Below are positions 48,628 to 58,446 of a stretch of DNA of 64,000 nt, in pieces. Under the pieces are notes generated by a model. The model was given only the letters and a program-made list of their open reading frames with translations, had not been told where the DNA came from and made no database searches. The position numbers and the translations under genes were made by a program. The stretch covers positions 4,992,001 through 5,056,000 of the forward strand of contig CAWDXG010000004.1 in NCBI GenBank assembly GCA_963806225.1, read 5' to 3'. The stretch comes from an uncultured delta proteobacterium (GTDB lineage: Bacteria > Myxococcota_A > Polyangia > Polyangiales > Polyangiaceae). Each line of letters begins with the position of its first letter. Within the stretch, counting starts at the first letter, position 1.

Positions 48628-48966
48628 TCAGCCGCCGCCCGGGTTGGGAGCAGCTGGGCGCGGCGCGGGCATGGGCACCGGTGGCGTCGGGGGCGCTCCG
48701 GGCGCGTTGCCCTTTGCGGCCGCCGAATCCGAAGCCGCCGGGGCGGCGCTGGCCTGGGGCGCCGCCTTCTTCGATAGCTGTTCTGCGGTTCTGCCCGGAG
48801 GTCGCGTCACCAGGAAGCCCAGCAGGGCCAGGAGCGCCAGAACCCCGCCCAGCAGTGGCAACCACATCGGCGTGTGCGGCTCGCCGGGCAAGAGCTCGTT
48901 GATCGGCTCGTCGTCGTCGTGGGCGTCGGCCGCCTGTGCGGCCTCCGGCTCGGTCGAGGCGCTCAT
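48628..48966 (-). CDS. Small single-TM protein with Pro/Ala tail
   Basis: Acidic N-terminus, PGEPHTPMWLPLLG followed by a hydrophobic helix; TAGGAT 6 nt before ATG. Confidence 0.7.
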   Translation of the reverse strand: MSASTEPEAAQAADAHDDDEPINELLPGEPHTPMWLPLLGGVLALLALLGFLVTRPPGRTAEQLSKKAAPQASAAPAASDSAAAKGNAPGAPPTPPVPMPAPRPAAPNPGGG

Positions 48967-49076
48967 GGCCCCATCCTATGGGCGGCCCGCCCACAGGGGT
49001 CAAGCCCGGCTTTGAAACGGTCTCGAAACCCAGGTGTCGTTGGGCAGGGGCCAGGCGGCTTGCTAGTATCCAGGGC

Positions 49077-49871
49077 GTGTCGCTCACCTTCGCGGTGGTC
49101 TCGGATTCCGAGCCGACCCAGGAGGCCCTGGGACTTTTCTGCAGGAGGCTCGAGACGTCCACCGGCGTCGACGTCGCCCCGTGCATCCTGTCGAGCTACG
49201 CTGCGCTGACCGCAGCGGCGTTGGCCGGCCGAGTGGATTTCGCGTGGGCTCCGCCGCTGGTGGCCGTCGAGCTGGAGGGCAGCAAGGCTGCGATTTCCAT
49301 GGTCGTTGTCCGGCGCGGTCTCCGAGGCGGCTACCATGCCGCGCTGTTTGCCCGGGCCGAGGCGCCGTACCGCAAACCCGAAGAGCTCGTGGGGCTGACC
49401 GCCGCGTGGGTGTCGCGCGAGAGCGCATCGGGCTACTTCGTGCCCCGTTGGCACCTCAGGTCGCTCGGCGTCGATCTGCACAAGGCCTTCCCCCGTGAGC
49501 TGTTCTGCTCCAGCCACGAGGCCGTCGTCGACGCCGTGCTCGGAGGGCAGGCCGACGTGGGCGCGACCCACGTGGGGCTGGAACCGGTGAGCGGCCAGCT
49601 CGCGGCGGCGCCGTGGCTCGACATGGGGGCTCCCGGAGGCGCGGTGCGGGTGCTGCTCCTGATCGGTCCGATCCCCGGTGATCTGATCGTGGCCGGGTCG
49701 CACGTTCCGCCGGACGTACGGCGGCGCGTCACTGCCGCGCTGCTGGCGATGCACGACGATCCGGATAGCGCGGCGCACGGCGTGTTCCAGGCGAGCCGTT
49801 TCGAGCCCGTGCCCGACGGGCACCTCGCGCTGCTCCGGCGTCTGGCTCGCTACTCGGAGACGAGAGCATGA
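49077..49871 (+). CDS. PhnD/phosphonate-binding-fold protein without signal peptide
   Basis: SSYAAL..G.VDFAW.PP, SASGYFVP, SHEAVVDAVLGGQADVGA and PIPGD; TAGTAT 7 nt before GTG. Confidence 0.8.
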   Translation: MSLTFAVVSDSEPTQEALGLFCRRLETSTGVDVAPCILSSYAALTAAALAGRVDFAWAPPLVAVELEGSKAAISMVVVRRGLRGGYHAALFARAEAPYRKPEELVGLTAAWVSRESASGYFVPRWHLRSLGVDLHKAFPRELFCSSHEAVVDAVLGGQADVGATHVGLEPVSGQLAAAPWLDMGAPGGAVRVLLLIGPIPGDLIVAGSHVPPDVRRRVTAALLAMHDDPDSAAHGVFQASRFEPVPDGHLALLRRLARYSETRA

Positions 49872-49994
49872 AGAGGAGTCGCTTGACCGATGCTCGCACC
49901 GGACCCTAGCCTCACGCCTGCCGGGATCGCTCCTCGCTGGGCTGGCGCGACCGGACGATCACCGGCCCCATCGAGGCTTCGGGTGAGCTAGTCG

Positions 49995-51392
49995 ATGGCA
50001 CGAGAGCAACAACGGTACAGGGTCCTCGAGAAGATCGCTTCCGGCGGCATGGCGGAAGTCTTTCGAGCGGAAAGCGCCGGCCTCGAAGGCTTCAAGAAGA
50101 TCGTCGCCATCAAGCGCGTTCTTCCGCACCTTTCGGAGAAAAAGCAGTTCATCGGGATGTTCCTCGATGAAGCGCGATTGAGCGCTCATCTGTCCCATTC
50201 GAACGTCGCCCAGGTCTTCGATATCGGCGTCGGCGACAACACGTACTTCATCGTCATGGAGTACGTCGATGGGGCCGACCTCAAGGCGATCATCGAGCGG
50301 CACAAGAAGCAGAACCAGCTCGTCCCCATCGAAGAAGCCTGTTTGATCTGCGTGCGCATCTGCGAGGGGCTCGCCTACGCGCACGAGCTCATGGACTCGA
50401 ACGGGCGCCGCATCGGCGTCGTGCATCGCGACATGTCGCCGCCGAACGTGCTCATCACCCGTCACGGCGAGGTGAAGATCGTGGACTTCGGGCTGGCGAA
50501 AGCGAACAGCCAGCTGGAAAAGAGCGAACCCGGCATCATCAAGGGCAAGTTCAGCTATCTGTCGCCCGAGGCCGCGCTGGGCAAGCCGGTGGACGCGCGG
50601 ACCGATATTTTCGCCGTAGGCATTATCCTGTGGGAAATGCTGGCGGGCCGGCGCCTGTTCATGGGCGAAACGGATCTCGAGACGGTGCGCCAGGTGCAGG
50701 CCGCGCGCGTGCCGCCGATCCGGCAGTTCAATCCGAACGTCACGCCGCAGCTCGAGGCCGTGTTGGCCCGCTCGCTCGCACAGAACCCCGACGACCGCTA
50801 CCAGACGGCGCGGGATCTGGGCCAGGACCTGAACCAGATGATGTTCCATCTGGGGCGGCCCGTCTCGTCCTTCGACATCGCGCAGCTCGTGAACCCGGTC
50901 GTGCACGAGCGGGAAGAGGAGCGCGAGCAGAAGAGGCTCGAGGATCGCGGCTCCATCATCGGGTCGCTCATCGACGAGGCACTCATCGAATTCAGCTCGC
51001 TGCAGGGCGACGACAGCGACAGCTCGAAGGCGATGGCGCCGCTGGTTCTGGGCAGCTTCGAGAGCGCGCAGGACTGGGCCAACGATCTCGATCTGGGCCG
51101 GGGCCAGGAGGCACCCTCGGCGAGGTTCGAGGTGGGCAACCTGGCCGCCCTGGAGGACGACGTACCCTCGCGCCGTCGCTCATCGGATCTGCCGAGCGAT
51201 CCGTCGGTGCCGTTGGTCCAGACACCTCCCCCGGCGCAGGCTCCCCACGGGGATCCGGCGCCTCCCGCCGTCGCCGAGCAGAAGAGCGGCAAGGGCGGCA
51301 TGATCGCGCTCCTCCTGCTCCTGGTGGTCGTCGCGGCGCTGGCAGGGGCCTACTTCAAGGGCCTCATCCCCCCGAATCTGATCCCGCACTAG
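49995..51392 (+). CDS. Ser/Thr protein kinase with C-terminal TM anchor
   Basis: GGMAEVF, VAIK, HRDMSPPN, DFG and KGKFSYLSPE; TM near the C-terminus. Confidence 0.95.
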   Translation: MAREQQRYRVLEKIASGGMAEVFRAESAGLEGFKKIVAIKRVLPHLSEKKQFIGMFLDEARLSAHLSHSNVAQVFDIGVGDNTYFIVMEYVDGADLKAIIERHKKQNQLVPIEEACLICVRICEGLAYAHELMDSNGRRIGVVHRDMSPPNVLITRHGEVKIVDFGLAKANSQLEKSEPGIIKGKFSYLSPEAALGKPVDARTDIFAVGIILWEMLAGRRLFMGETDLETVRQVQAARVPPIRQFNPNVTPQLEAVLARSLAQNPDDRYQTARDLGQDLNQMMFHLGRPVSSFDIAQLVNPVVHEREEEREQKRLEDRGSIIGSLIDEALIEFSSLQGDDSDSSKAMAPLVLGSFESAQDWANDLDLGRGQEAPSARFEVGNLAALEDDVPSRRRSSDLPSDPSVPLVQTPPPAQAPHGDPAPPAVAEQKSGKGGMIALLLLLVVVAALAGAYFKGLIPPNLIPH

Positions 51393-51438
51393 CCGGCTGG
51401 TCCGGTCGCGTGGCGTCTACTCGCTGTCCGCGACCGCC

Positions 51439-52092
51439 TCAGTCGCCGGCTTCGGCTTCGGCTTCGGGGCGCGGGTGGGACGGCTGGCTCTTGTCGTCGC
51501 CCTCCTCCTTTTCGCGCGCCGCGCGCTCGGCCGCCAGACGCTGCAGCACCTGCGGCTTGGGAGCGATCGTGAGGCTCATCGTCCGGCCTTCCATCGTCGG
51601 CCGCTGCTCGACGTTGGCCAGCTCCTCGGTGTTCTTGATGATGTAGTCGAGCTGCATCTGTGCGCGCTCGGGATGTGTGATCTCGCGGCCGCGGAAACGC
51701 ACCGTGAGCTTCACCTTGTTGCCGGACTCGAGGAACTTGCGGGCCGCGCGGACCTTCACGTTCAGATCGTGATCGTCCGTCTTCGGGCGCAGCTTCAGCT
51801 CCTTCACCTCGACCACGGTCTGCTTGCGTTTGGCCTCGCGCTGCTTCTTCTTTTCCTCGTACTTGTACTTGCCGAAATCGAGGATCTTGCAGACCGGTGG
51901 GCTTCCCTTGGGATTGACCTCGACCAGGTCGAGCCCGCGTGACTGCGCTTCGCGCAGTGCCTCGTCGGTCGGCAGAACGCCGAGGTTGGTACCGTCTTCC
52001 ATGACTACGCGAACTTCGGGCACGCGAATCCGGTGGTTGATCCGGATCTGCGGGCCTCGCGGTTCCCGACTGAATCGTCGCCCCATTGCCAT
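51439..52092 (-). CDS. infC: Translation initiation factor IF-3
   Basis: INHRIRVPEVRV, LDLVEV, PPVCKILDFGKYKY, RPKTDDHD and RFRGRE. Confidence 0.97.
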   Translation of the reverse strand: MAMGRRFSREPRGPQIRINHRIRVPEVRVVMEDGTNLGVLPTDEALREAQSRGLDLVEVNPKGSPPVCKILDFGKYKYEEKKKQREAKRKQTVVEVKELKLRPKTDDHDLNVKVRAARKFLESGNKVKLTVRFRGREITHPERAQMQLDYIIKNTEELANVEQRPTMEGRTMSLTIAPKPQVLQRLAAERAAREKEEGDDKSQPSHPRPEAEAEAGD

Positions 52093-52143
52093 GCGGTTGT
52101 CTTCTCTCGTCCTTTCCCCGGTCGCGCCTTCGCAGCCGGCCTG

Positions 52144-54141
52144 TCAGCTCCGATCCGCGCCGACGCGCGGTGGCCGCGCTTCGCGGACCAATCTCTCGGC
52201 AAAGTCGGTGACGGACATCGCCCCGAGCTCGCCTTCATCTCTCGATCGCGGTGCGACACTGTCGCTCTCCGCTTCTTTCTCGCCGATCACCACGATGTAG
52301 GGCGTGCGCATCAGGCGGGCATTGCGGATCTTCGCGCCGAGCTTGTCGGCGCCGGCGTCCACGCCGACGCGAAGCCCGCGCGCTACAAGCGCTTCGCGGA
52401 CCTTCGCGGCGTAGTCGGCCTGTTTCTCGCTCACCGTCACCAGTGTCGCCTGTTCCGGCGCGAGCCAGACCGGGAATTTTCCGGCCACGTGCTCGATGTA
52501 CATGCCGAAGAAGCGCTCGATCGAGCCGAGGATGGCCCGGTGCAGCATGACCGGACGATGGGCTTCGCCGTCGCTTCCCACGTACTCGAGGCCGAACCGC
52601 TCCGGCAGCCCGTAGTCCACCTGGATTGTTCCGAGCTGCCAGCTCCGGCCCAGCGCGTCCACGATGTGGAACTCGAGCTTCGGTCCGTAGAACGCTCCCT
52701 CGCCCGGCAGCTTCTCGAAGTCGATCTTCGAGTCGATCAGCACGCGCTCGAGCACGCCTTCGGCGTTGTCCCACAGCTCGTCGGAGCCGATGCGCTTCTC
52801 GGGGCGCAGCGCCAGCTTGACCGCCACGTCCTTGAAATCGAATGCCGAATAGACCTCGAACAAGAGCTGGTTGAAGGAGCGGATCTCCTCGCCCATCTGC
52901 TCCGGCGTGCAGAAGATGTGCGCGTCGTCCTGGCAGAAGCTCCTGACACGGGCCAGCCCGTGCACCACGCCGCCGCGCTCGTAGCGGTGCAGCCTGCCGA
53001 AGTCCGCAACCCGCCACGGCAGCTCCCGATAGCTCCTCCTGCGCTGCCCGAAGATCAGGCAGTGGCTCGGGCAGTTCATCGGCTTCTGCCCCAGCGCATC
53101 GAGTGCCGGGTGATGGTGCTCGTGCTCGCCTGCCGACTCCGCTGGAACGTCCAGTCCGACGCCGGCCGCCGCCGAATCCAGCATGTCCGCCGTCACGGGC
53201 AGGTACATGTTGTCGCGGTAGTTCGCCAGGTGCCCGCTGGTCGAAAACAGCCGGTTGTCGAAGATCTGCGGGGTGATGACTTCTTCGTAGCCGTAGTCGA
53301 CGTACAGCTCGCGCACGTAGTCGATGAGCCGGTTGTAGATGCCGGCGCCCCGCGGCAGGAAGAACGGCATCGCCGGCGCGTACTCGTGGAACATGAAAAG
53401 CTCGAGCTCCTTGCCGAGCTTCCGGTGGTCGCGCGCGCGCGCTTCTTCGAGCAGCTTCAGGTGTTCATCCAGCTCTTCCTGGGTCGGGAACGCGGTCCCG
53501 TAGATCCGCTGGAGCATCGGGTTGTGCTCGTCGCCGCGCCAGTACGCACCGGCGACGCTGGTGAGCTTGACTGCACCCAGATGCCGGGTCGCGGGTACGT
53601 GCGGGCCTTCGCAGAGATCGACCCAGTTCGTCTCGAGCTTCTCCGGACGGCCGTGGCGGTACAGCGAGATGCGTTCGCCCTCGGGGATCGACTCCAGGAT
53701 CTCGAGCTTGTACTTCTCGCCCATGCCCTCGAAGAGCTGGTGCGCTTCCTCGCGCGAGACTTCCTGCCGGTAGAAGGGAACGTTCTGCTTGATGATGCGG
53801 CGCATCTCCTTTTCGATGCGCGCGAGGTCCTTGTCGCTGAACGGGCCTTCGGGGCGATCGAAGTCGTAGTAGAAGCCCGAGTCGATGGCCGGGCCGATGG
53901 TGACCTGGGTGCCGGGGAACAGCCGCTGCACCGCGTCCGCCATCACGTGCGCGGCGGAATGCCGGATGATGGGCAGCGCGGCTTTGTCCTTCCAGCGAAC
54001 GGGAGTGATGTCGGCATCCGGGGCGATCGGCGTGTGCAGGTCCACCAGCCTTCCGTTGATCCGGACGGCGACGATATCGCCCTCGAGCTGCCCTTTCTGA
54101 GAAAGCAGCTCGCGCGGCGTGCGGCGCAGAGACTCCGCCAT
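52144..54141 (-). CDS. thrS: Threonine--tRNA ligase
   Basis: RHSAAH, DLCEGPH, GAYWRGD, RDHRKLG, KPMNCP, GAFYGPK and HRAILGS. Confidence 0.98.
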   Translation of the reverse strand: MAESLRRTPRELLSQKGQLEGDIVAVRINGRLVDLHTPIAPDADITPVRWKDKAALPIIRHSAAHVMADAVQRLFPGTQVTIGPAIDSGFYYDFDRPEGPFSDKDLARIEKEMRRIIKQNVPFYRQEVSREEAHQLFEGMGEKYKLEILESIPEGERISLYRHGRPEKLETNWVDLCEGPHVPATRHLGAVKLTSVAGAYWRGDEHNPMLQRIYGTAFPTQEELDEHLKLLEEARARDHRKLGKELELFMFHEYAPAMPFFLPRGAGIYNRLIDYVRELYVDYGYEEVITPQIFDNRLFSTSGHLANYRDNMYLPVTADMLDSAAAGVGLDVPAESAGEHEHHHPALDALGQKPMNCPSHCLIFGQRRRSYRELPWRVADFGRLHRYERGGVVHGLARVRSFCQDDAHIFCTPEQMGEEIRSFNQLLFEVYSAFDFKDVAVKLALRPEKRIGSDELWDNAEGVLERVLIDSKIDFEKLPGEGAFYGPKLEFHIVDALGRSWQLGTIQVDYGLPERFGLEYVGSDGEAHRPVMLHRAILGSIERFFGMYIEHVAGKFPVWLAPEQATLVTVSEKQADYAAKVREALVARGLRVGVDAGADKLGAKIRNARLMRTPYIVVIGEKEAESDSVAPRSRDEGELGAMSVTDFAERLVREARPPRVGADRS

Positions 54142-54270
54142 GAGGCTAGGAAGTCATGGCCACGGACCGCTCGCCACGAAAGAGGACAGACTCGTTTTGT
54201 GCTGCCGCGCGCCCCTCGAAGAACACGGAGGCCGGGTCCCTGGGAGCCTCGCGACGAGCAACAAGCGGAG

Positions 54271-54342
<72 letters not shown>

Positions 54343-54399
54343 GAGGACCGGCGAAGCCGGAGCCATGATTCTTTGCCTGTCCGAGATGCAGGGGGCGAT

Positions 54400-54428
54400 C
54401 AACTACATCCGGCCCTCCAGGCTGTCAA
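54400..54428 (-). promoter_or_regulatory. Sigma70-type promoter of tRNA-Val/thrS
   Basis: TTGACA-N17-TAGTTG. Confidence 0.5.
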
Positions 54429-54562
54429 GGCTTGGCAAGGGCGCGGCTCGGCCTTGGGGAAAGCGTCTGTTCAGTACCGCTCCGTCCTCTGCCCGGCGCT
54501 GGGCCGCCTTGCTTGCGCGACCACCATAAAGTCGCTATAGGCCGGCCCTCCTGGAGGAGACC

Positions 54563-55003
54563 TTGGGTTCCCCGCTCCTAGCATTTCAGGCAGTTCCCCC
54601 CGCGCCCGGTCGACCCGCGGCGCCGGGCGCTGCACCTGCAAAACAACACACCACCCAGCCGGCGCCGCCGGCGGGCAATGCACATCAGGGGGCTCCCCCG
54701 CCGAAGAGCGAGCCGCCCAGCACGCTGGGCATGCTGTTCCCGCTGCTTCTGCTGGTGCCGCTCCTCATCCTGATGTTCTGGTCGACCCGCTCGCAGCACA
54801 AGAAGCAACAGCAAGCGGTCGCGACGTTGAAGAAGGGCGATCGGGTGCTCACCCAGAGCGGGCTCGTGGGCAAGCTCATCGAGCTGGGAGACCGCTACGC
54901 CAAGGTCGAAGTCGCTCCAGGCGTCAAGGTCGACATCCTCAAATCCGGTCTGGTCGGCAAGGACAACGCCGAGAACGCCAGCGCCGTCGAGAAGAAGAAG
55001 TAG
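54563..55003 (+). CDS. yajC: Preprotein translocase subunit YajC
   Basis: TM followed by LKKGDRVLTQSGLVG; GGAGGA before TTG; upstream of secD. Confidence 0.92.
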   Translation: MGSPLLAFQAVPPAPGRPAAPGAAPAKQHTTQPAPPAGNAHQGAPPPKSEPPSTLGMLFPLLLLVPLLILMFWSTRSQHKKQQQAVATLKKGDRVLTQSGLVGKLIELGDRYAKVEVAPGVKVDILKSGLVGKDNAENASAVEKKK

Positions 55004-55060
55004 GCTCCGGACCCCCGGATCCGGCAGGCGGCATCAGAGAACCAGGGGACCTACCAGCCC

Positions 55061-57166
55061 GTGACCAATACCGTTCTCCAGTATGTGTTTGCGGGCATCA
55101 GTGCCCTGCTCTTCATCGCGGGCTACGTGCGCCGGCCGCACCGCATCGCATTCTGGTTCGGCGCCATCTGTGCGGCGTCGGCCGCTGCGGGCGCCCACTA
55201 CGACGCGTTCTGGACGCTCGCCAGCTTCGGCATCCTGACGCTGTGGGCGTTCATCGCCGGTCTCGGTGTGCTCGACCTCGGCTGGCGCATGCGCTTCGGC
55301 CTGGTCGTCAGCGTGTGCATCCTCGCGTTCCTTTCGCTGTGGCCCACGCTCTTCAACATGTCGAAGGGCAAGATTCCCTGCCCGACCTACATCCAGAAGC
55401 ACGTTAGCTCACGCCTGGTTGCGGGTCTCGACCTGAGGGGCGGGCTCAGGCTCGTCTACACGGTCAACGTCGACGAGGCCATCAAGGACAAGCGCGACAA
55501 CTACTACGAGGACATGCGCGCGCAGCTGGCGAAGCTGTACGGCCTGTACAAGGGAGACGAGCAGCCGAGCGACGCGGTCTTTGCGAAACTCCGCAAGAAG
55601 ATCGAGGTCGAGGCGCCCCACCATCCCGCCAACGAGATCACGATCCACGTCGCCGATGGCGTGGACCCGACGAAGATCGACACGCGCTTCCTCATGCAGT
55701 TCGGCACTGACATGAGCTTTTCCCGAAGCGCGAACGGGCGCGACTTCAAGTTCCGCATCAAGAACTCGGTGGAGAGCCAGATCCGGGACCGCGCGGTGGA
55801 GCAGGCGCGCCAGATCATCCTGCGCCGCATCGACGAGCTGGGTCTGCGCGAAGCCTCTGTCTCCACGCGCGACGAGGACATCATCGTCGAGGTTCCAGGC
55901 AAGAGCGAGAAGAGCTTCAAGCGCATCCGCGACATCATCAGCCAGACGGCGCGTCTCGAGTTCAAGCTGCTCGACGACGAGGAGGACTTCCTGGGCCCGA
56001 TCTCCAAGAAGGCGAGCCCCGAGAGTCTGCCCAAAGGGCTCGACTTCCGGCAGGAAGACGCGCCCGTCGGCCTCGACGACAACGGAGACATCAAGCACAA
56101 CCGGATCACGTATGCGTTCCTCGCTCTGCAGAAGGACGAGTTGCCCCAACACGCGCTGCAGCGGTTCAAGGAGTGGGCGGCGACGCTGGAGCTCCCTCCC
56201 GATCGCGAGCTTGGCTACGAGATCGTCTACAAGACCAACCCCGACACCTTGAAGCAGACCGCGTCGGGATGGCGGACCTACCTGCTCAAGAGCCACGCCG
56301 ACATCACCGGCGACATGATCCGCGACGCGCAGGCCCAGCCGGACCAGTCCCGGGGCGGCCTGGGCGGCTGGCACGTTGCGCTCACGTTCACCGCCGAGGG
56401 CGGCAACATCTTCGAGCGCATCACGGGTGCGAACATCAAGCGTCGCTTCGCCATCATCCTCGACAACCGCGTCGAGAGCGCGCCGGTGATCCAGTCGCGC
56501 ATCCCCGGCGGGCACGCCCAGATCACGATGGGCGCGGGCGACCCGCAGGTCCAGCTGGAGGACTCGCGGAAGCTGGAGTTGGTGCTGCGCTCGGGCGCGC
56601 TGCCGGCGCCGATCTCGCCGTCGAACGAACAGCGCATCGGTCCTTCCCTGGGCAAAACGTCCATCAAGCTCGGCGTCCAGGGAGCCATCGGCGGTGGCTT
56701 CCTGGTGCTGATGTTCATGTTCATCTACTACCAGCGCGCCGGCCTCATCGCGAACACCGCGGTGAGCATGAACCTGTTCCTGCAGCTGGCCATCCTGGCG
56801 TCGTTCGGTGCATCGATGACCCTGCCAGGCATCGCGGGGCTTGCGCTCACTATAGGTATGAGCGTGGACGCCAACGTGCTGATCAACGAACGAATACGCG
56901 AGGAGTTACGTTCGGGGAAGAGTTCGCGCGCGGCGGTCGAAGTCGGGTTCGGCAAAGCGCTGAGCGCCATCGTCGACGGCCAGGTCACCACGCTGATTTC
57001 CGGCATCATCCTCGCTCAGTACGGCACCGGGCCGATCAAGGGCTTTGCCGTCACGTTGTGCTTCGGCGTCATCTGCAGCGTGTTCACCGGCGTGGTCGTG
57101 AGCCGCGTACTGTTCGACCTGTGGGTTCGCGGCTTCGGTCGTAATGCCAAGCTGGATATGGGCTGA
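55061..57166 (+). CDS. secD: Protein translocase subunit SecD (extra N-terminal TMs)
   Basis: GLDLRGG, RRIDELG, LRSGALPAP, IGPSLG and GMSVDANVLINERIREE. Confidence 0.97.
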   Translation: MTNTVLQYVFAGISALLFIAGYVRRPHRIAFWFGAICAASAAAGAHYDAFWTLASFGILTLWAFIAGLGVLDLGWRMRFGLVVSVCILAFLSLWPTLFNMSKGKIPCPTYIQKHVSSRLVAGLDLRGGLRLVYTVNVDEAIKDKRDNYYEDMRAQLAKLYGLYKGDEQPSDAVFAKLRKKIEVEAPHHPANEITIHVADGVDPTKIDTRFLMQFGTDMSFSRSANGRDFKFRIKNSVESQIRDRAVEQARQIILRRIDELGLREASVSTRDEDIIVEVPGKSEKSFKRIRDIISQTARLEFKLLDDEEDFLGPISKKASPESLPKGLDFRQEDAPVGLDDNGDIKHNRITYAFLALQKDELPQHALQRFKEWAATLELPPDRELGYEIVYKTNPDTLKQTASGWRTYLLKSHADITGDMIRDAQAQPDQSRGGLGGWHVALTFTAEGGNIFERITGANIKRRFAIILDNRVESAPVIQSRIPGGHAQITMGAGDPQVQLEDSRKLELVLRSGALPAPISPSNEQRIGPSLGKTSIKLGVQGAIGGGFLVLMFMFIYYQRAGLIANTAVSMNLFLQLAILASFGASMTLPGIAGLALTIGMSVDANVLINERIREELRSGKSSRAAVEVGFGKALSAIVDGQVTTLISGIILAQYGTGPIKGFAVTLCFGVICSVFTGVVVSRVLFDLWVRGFGRNAKLDMG

Positions 57167-57169
57167 TCG

Positions 57170-58402
57170 ATGCAGCTATTCCCTGTCGGCAAGACCTTCA
57201 ACTTCATGGGCAACCGCCGTTGGTTCATCGGCGCCAGCCTGCTGTTTGTCCTCACGTCGCTCGCCCTCATCGTCTATCCCGGCCCCAAGCTCGGTACGGA
57301 CTTCCAGGGCGGCACCGAGATCGAGGTCGCGTTCAAGAAGCCGGTGGACGGCCCCGCCATCCGCAAGGCCGTCACGGCAGCCGGCTTCTCGCGGCCGGAC
57401 GTCATCCACGTCAACGATTCGAAAGAGCAGAATCGCTACCTGATCCGCGTCCAGGACATCTCGACCATCAGCGCGGCGACACAGAACCAGATCGAGCGTG
57501 CGCTGTGTTTCGGCAAGAATCTGCCGGCCGCACAGTGCCCCAAGGACCACAGCGCCAGCGAGGTCAAGTTCAGCCCCGGCGGCGACAAGATCACGGTTCG
57601 CTACGGTGCCGCTCCGGATCTCGACTGGATCAAGAAGCGGATGACCGGCATCCGCGGTGTCGAGCTGCGCGAGGGGAAGAACAACCCCACCGTCCAGAGC
57701 GCCCGCGACCACAAGGTCGAGATCCAGCTCAAGAGCAAGGGCGATCAGCTGATGGACGCGATGCGTCGTCGGCTGGGCTCGGACACCGTGCCGGCCACAG
57801 CCCTGCGCGTCGAGTGGATCGGGCCGAAGGCCGGCGCCCAGCTGCGTGATGCGGCACTGCGCAGTATCGCCATCTCGCTCGTCTTCATCATGGCGTACAT
57901 CGCGTTCCGCTTCGACCTGCGCTTTGCGCCGGGCGCGGTGCTCGCCCTGATGCACGACGCGATCAACACCATCGGAGTGCTGATCCTGCTGGGGAAGGAG
58001 GTGAACCTGCCCACTGTGGCGGCCATCCTTACCATCGTCGGCTACTCGGTGAACGACACGGTCGTCGTCTACGACCGCGTGCGCGAGAACCTCGGCAGGC
58101 TGCGCGGTGCGACGTTCGACAACATCATCAACATCAGCCTCTCCGAGATGCTGAGCCGCACCATCCTGACCAGCGCGACGACCGTGATCAGCTTGCTGGC
58201 GTTCTTCTTCCGCGGCACCGGCACGCTGAAGGACTTCGCGCTGACACTCGTGGTCGGCATCGTGTTCGGCACGTATTCCTCCATCTACGTGGCGCTGCCG
58301 CTCACCGAGTGGCTGGACAAGCTCTTCTTCGCCAGGGTGGGCAAGAAGCGCAAGGGCAAGAAGGCCGCGCGCTCCAGCAAGAAGGCGTCCGCGACCGCCT
58401 GA
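57170..58402 (+). CDS. secF: Protein translocase subunit SecF
   Basis: GTDFQGG, YIAFRF, GYSVNDTVVVYDRVREN and GTYSSIYVA. Confidence 0.97.
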   Translation: MQLFPVGKTFNFMGNRRWFIGASLLFVLTSLALIVYPGPKLGTDFQGGTEIEVAFKKPVDGPAIRKAVTAAGFSRPDVIHVNDSKEQNRYLIRVQDISTISAATQNQIERALCFGKNLPAAQCPKDHSASEVKFSPGGDKITVRYGAAPDLDWIKKRMTGIRGVELREGKNNPTVQSARDHKVEIQLKSKGDQLMDAMRRRLGSDTVPATALRVEWIGPKAGAQLRDAALRSIAISLVFIMAYIAFRFDLRFAPGAVLALMHDAINTIGVLILLGKEVNLPTVAAILTIVGYSVNDTVVVYDRVRENLGRLRGATFDNIINISLSEMLSRTILTSATTVISLLAFFFRGTGTLKDFALTLVVGIVFGTYSSIYVALPLTEWLDKLFFARVGKKRKGKKAARSSKKASATA

Positions 58403-58446
58403 CGGCGTTGACAGTCGAGGTCCGGCGCGCCGAAGATGGCCGCCGC

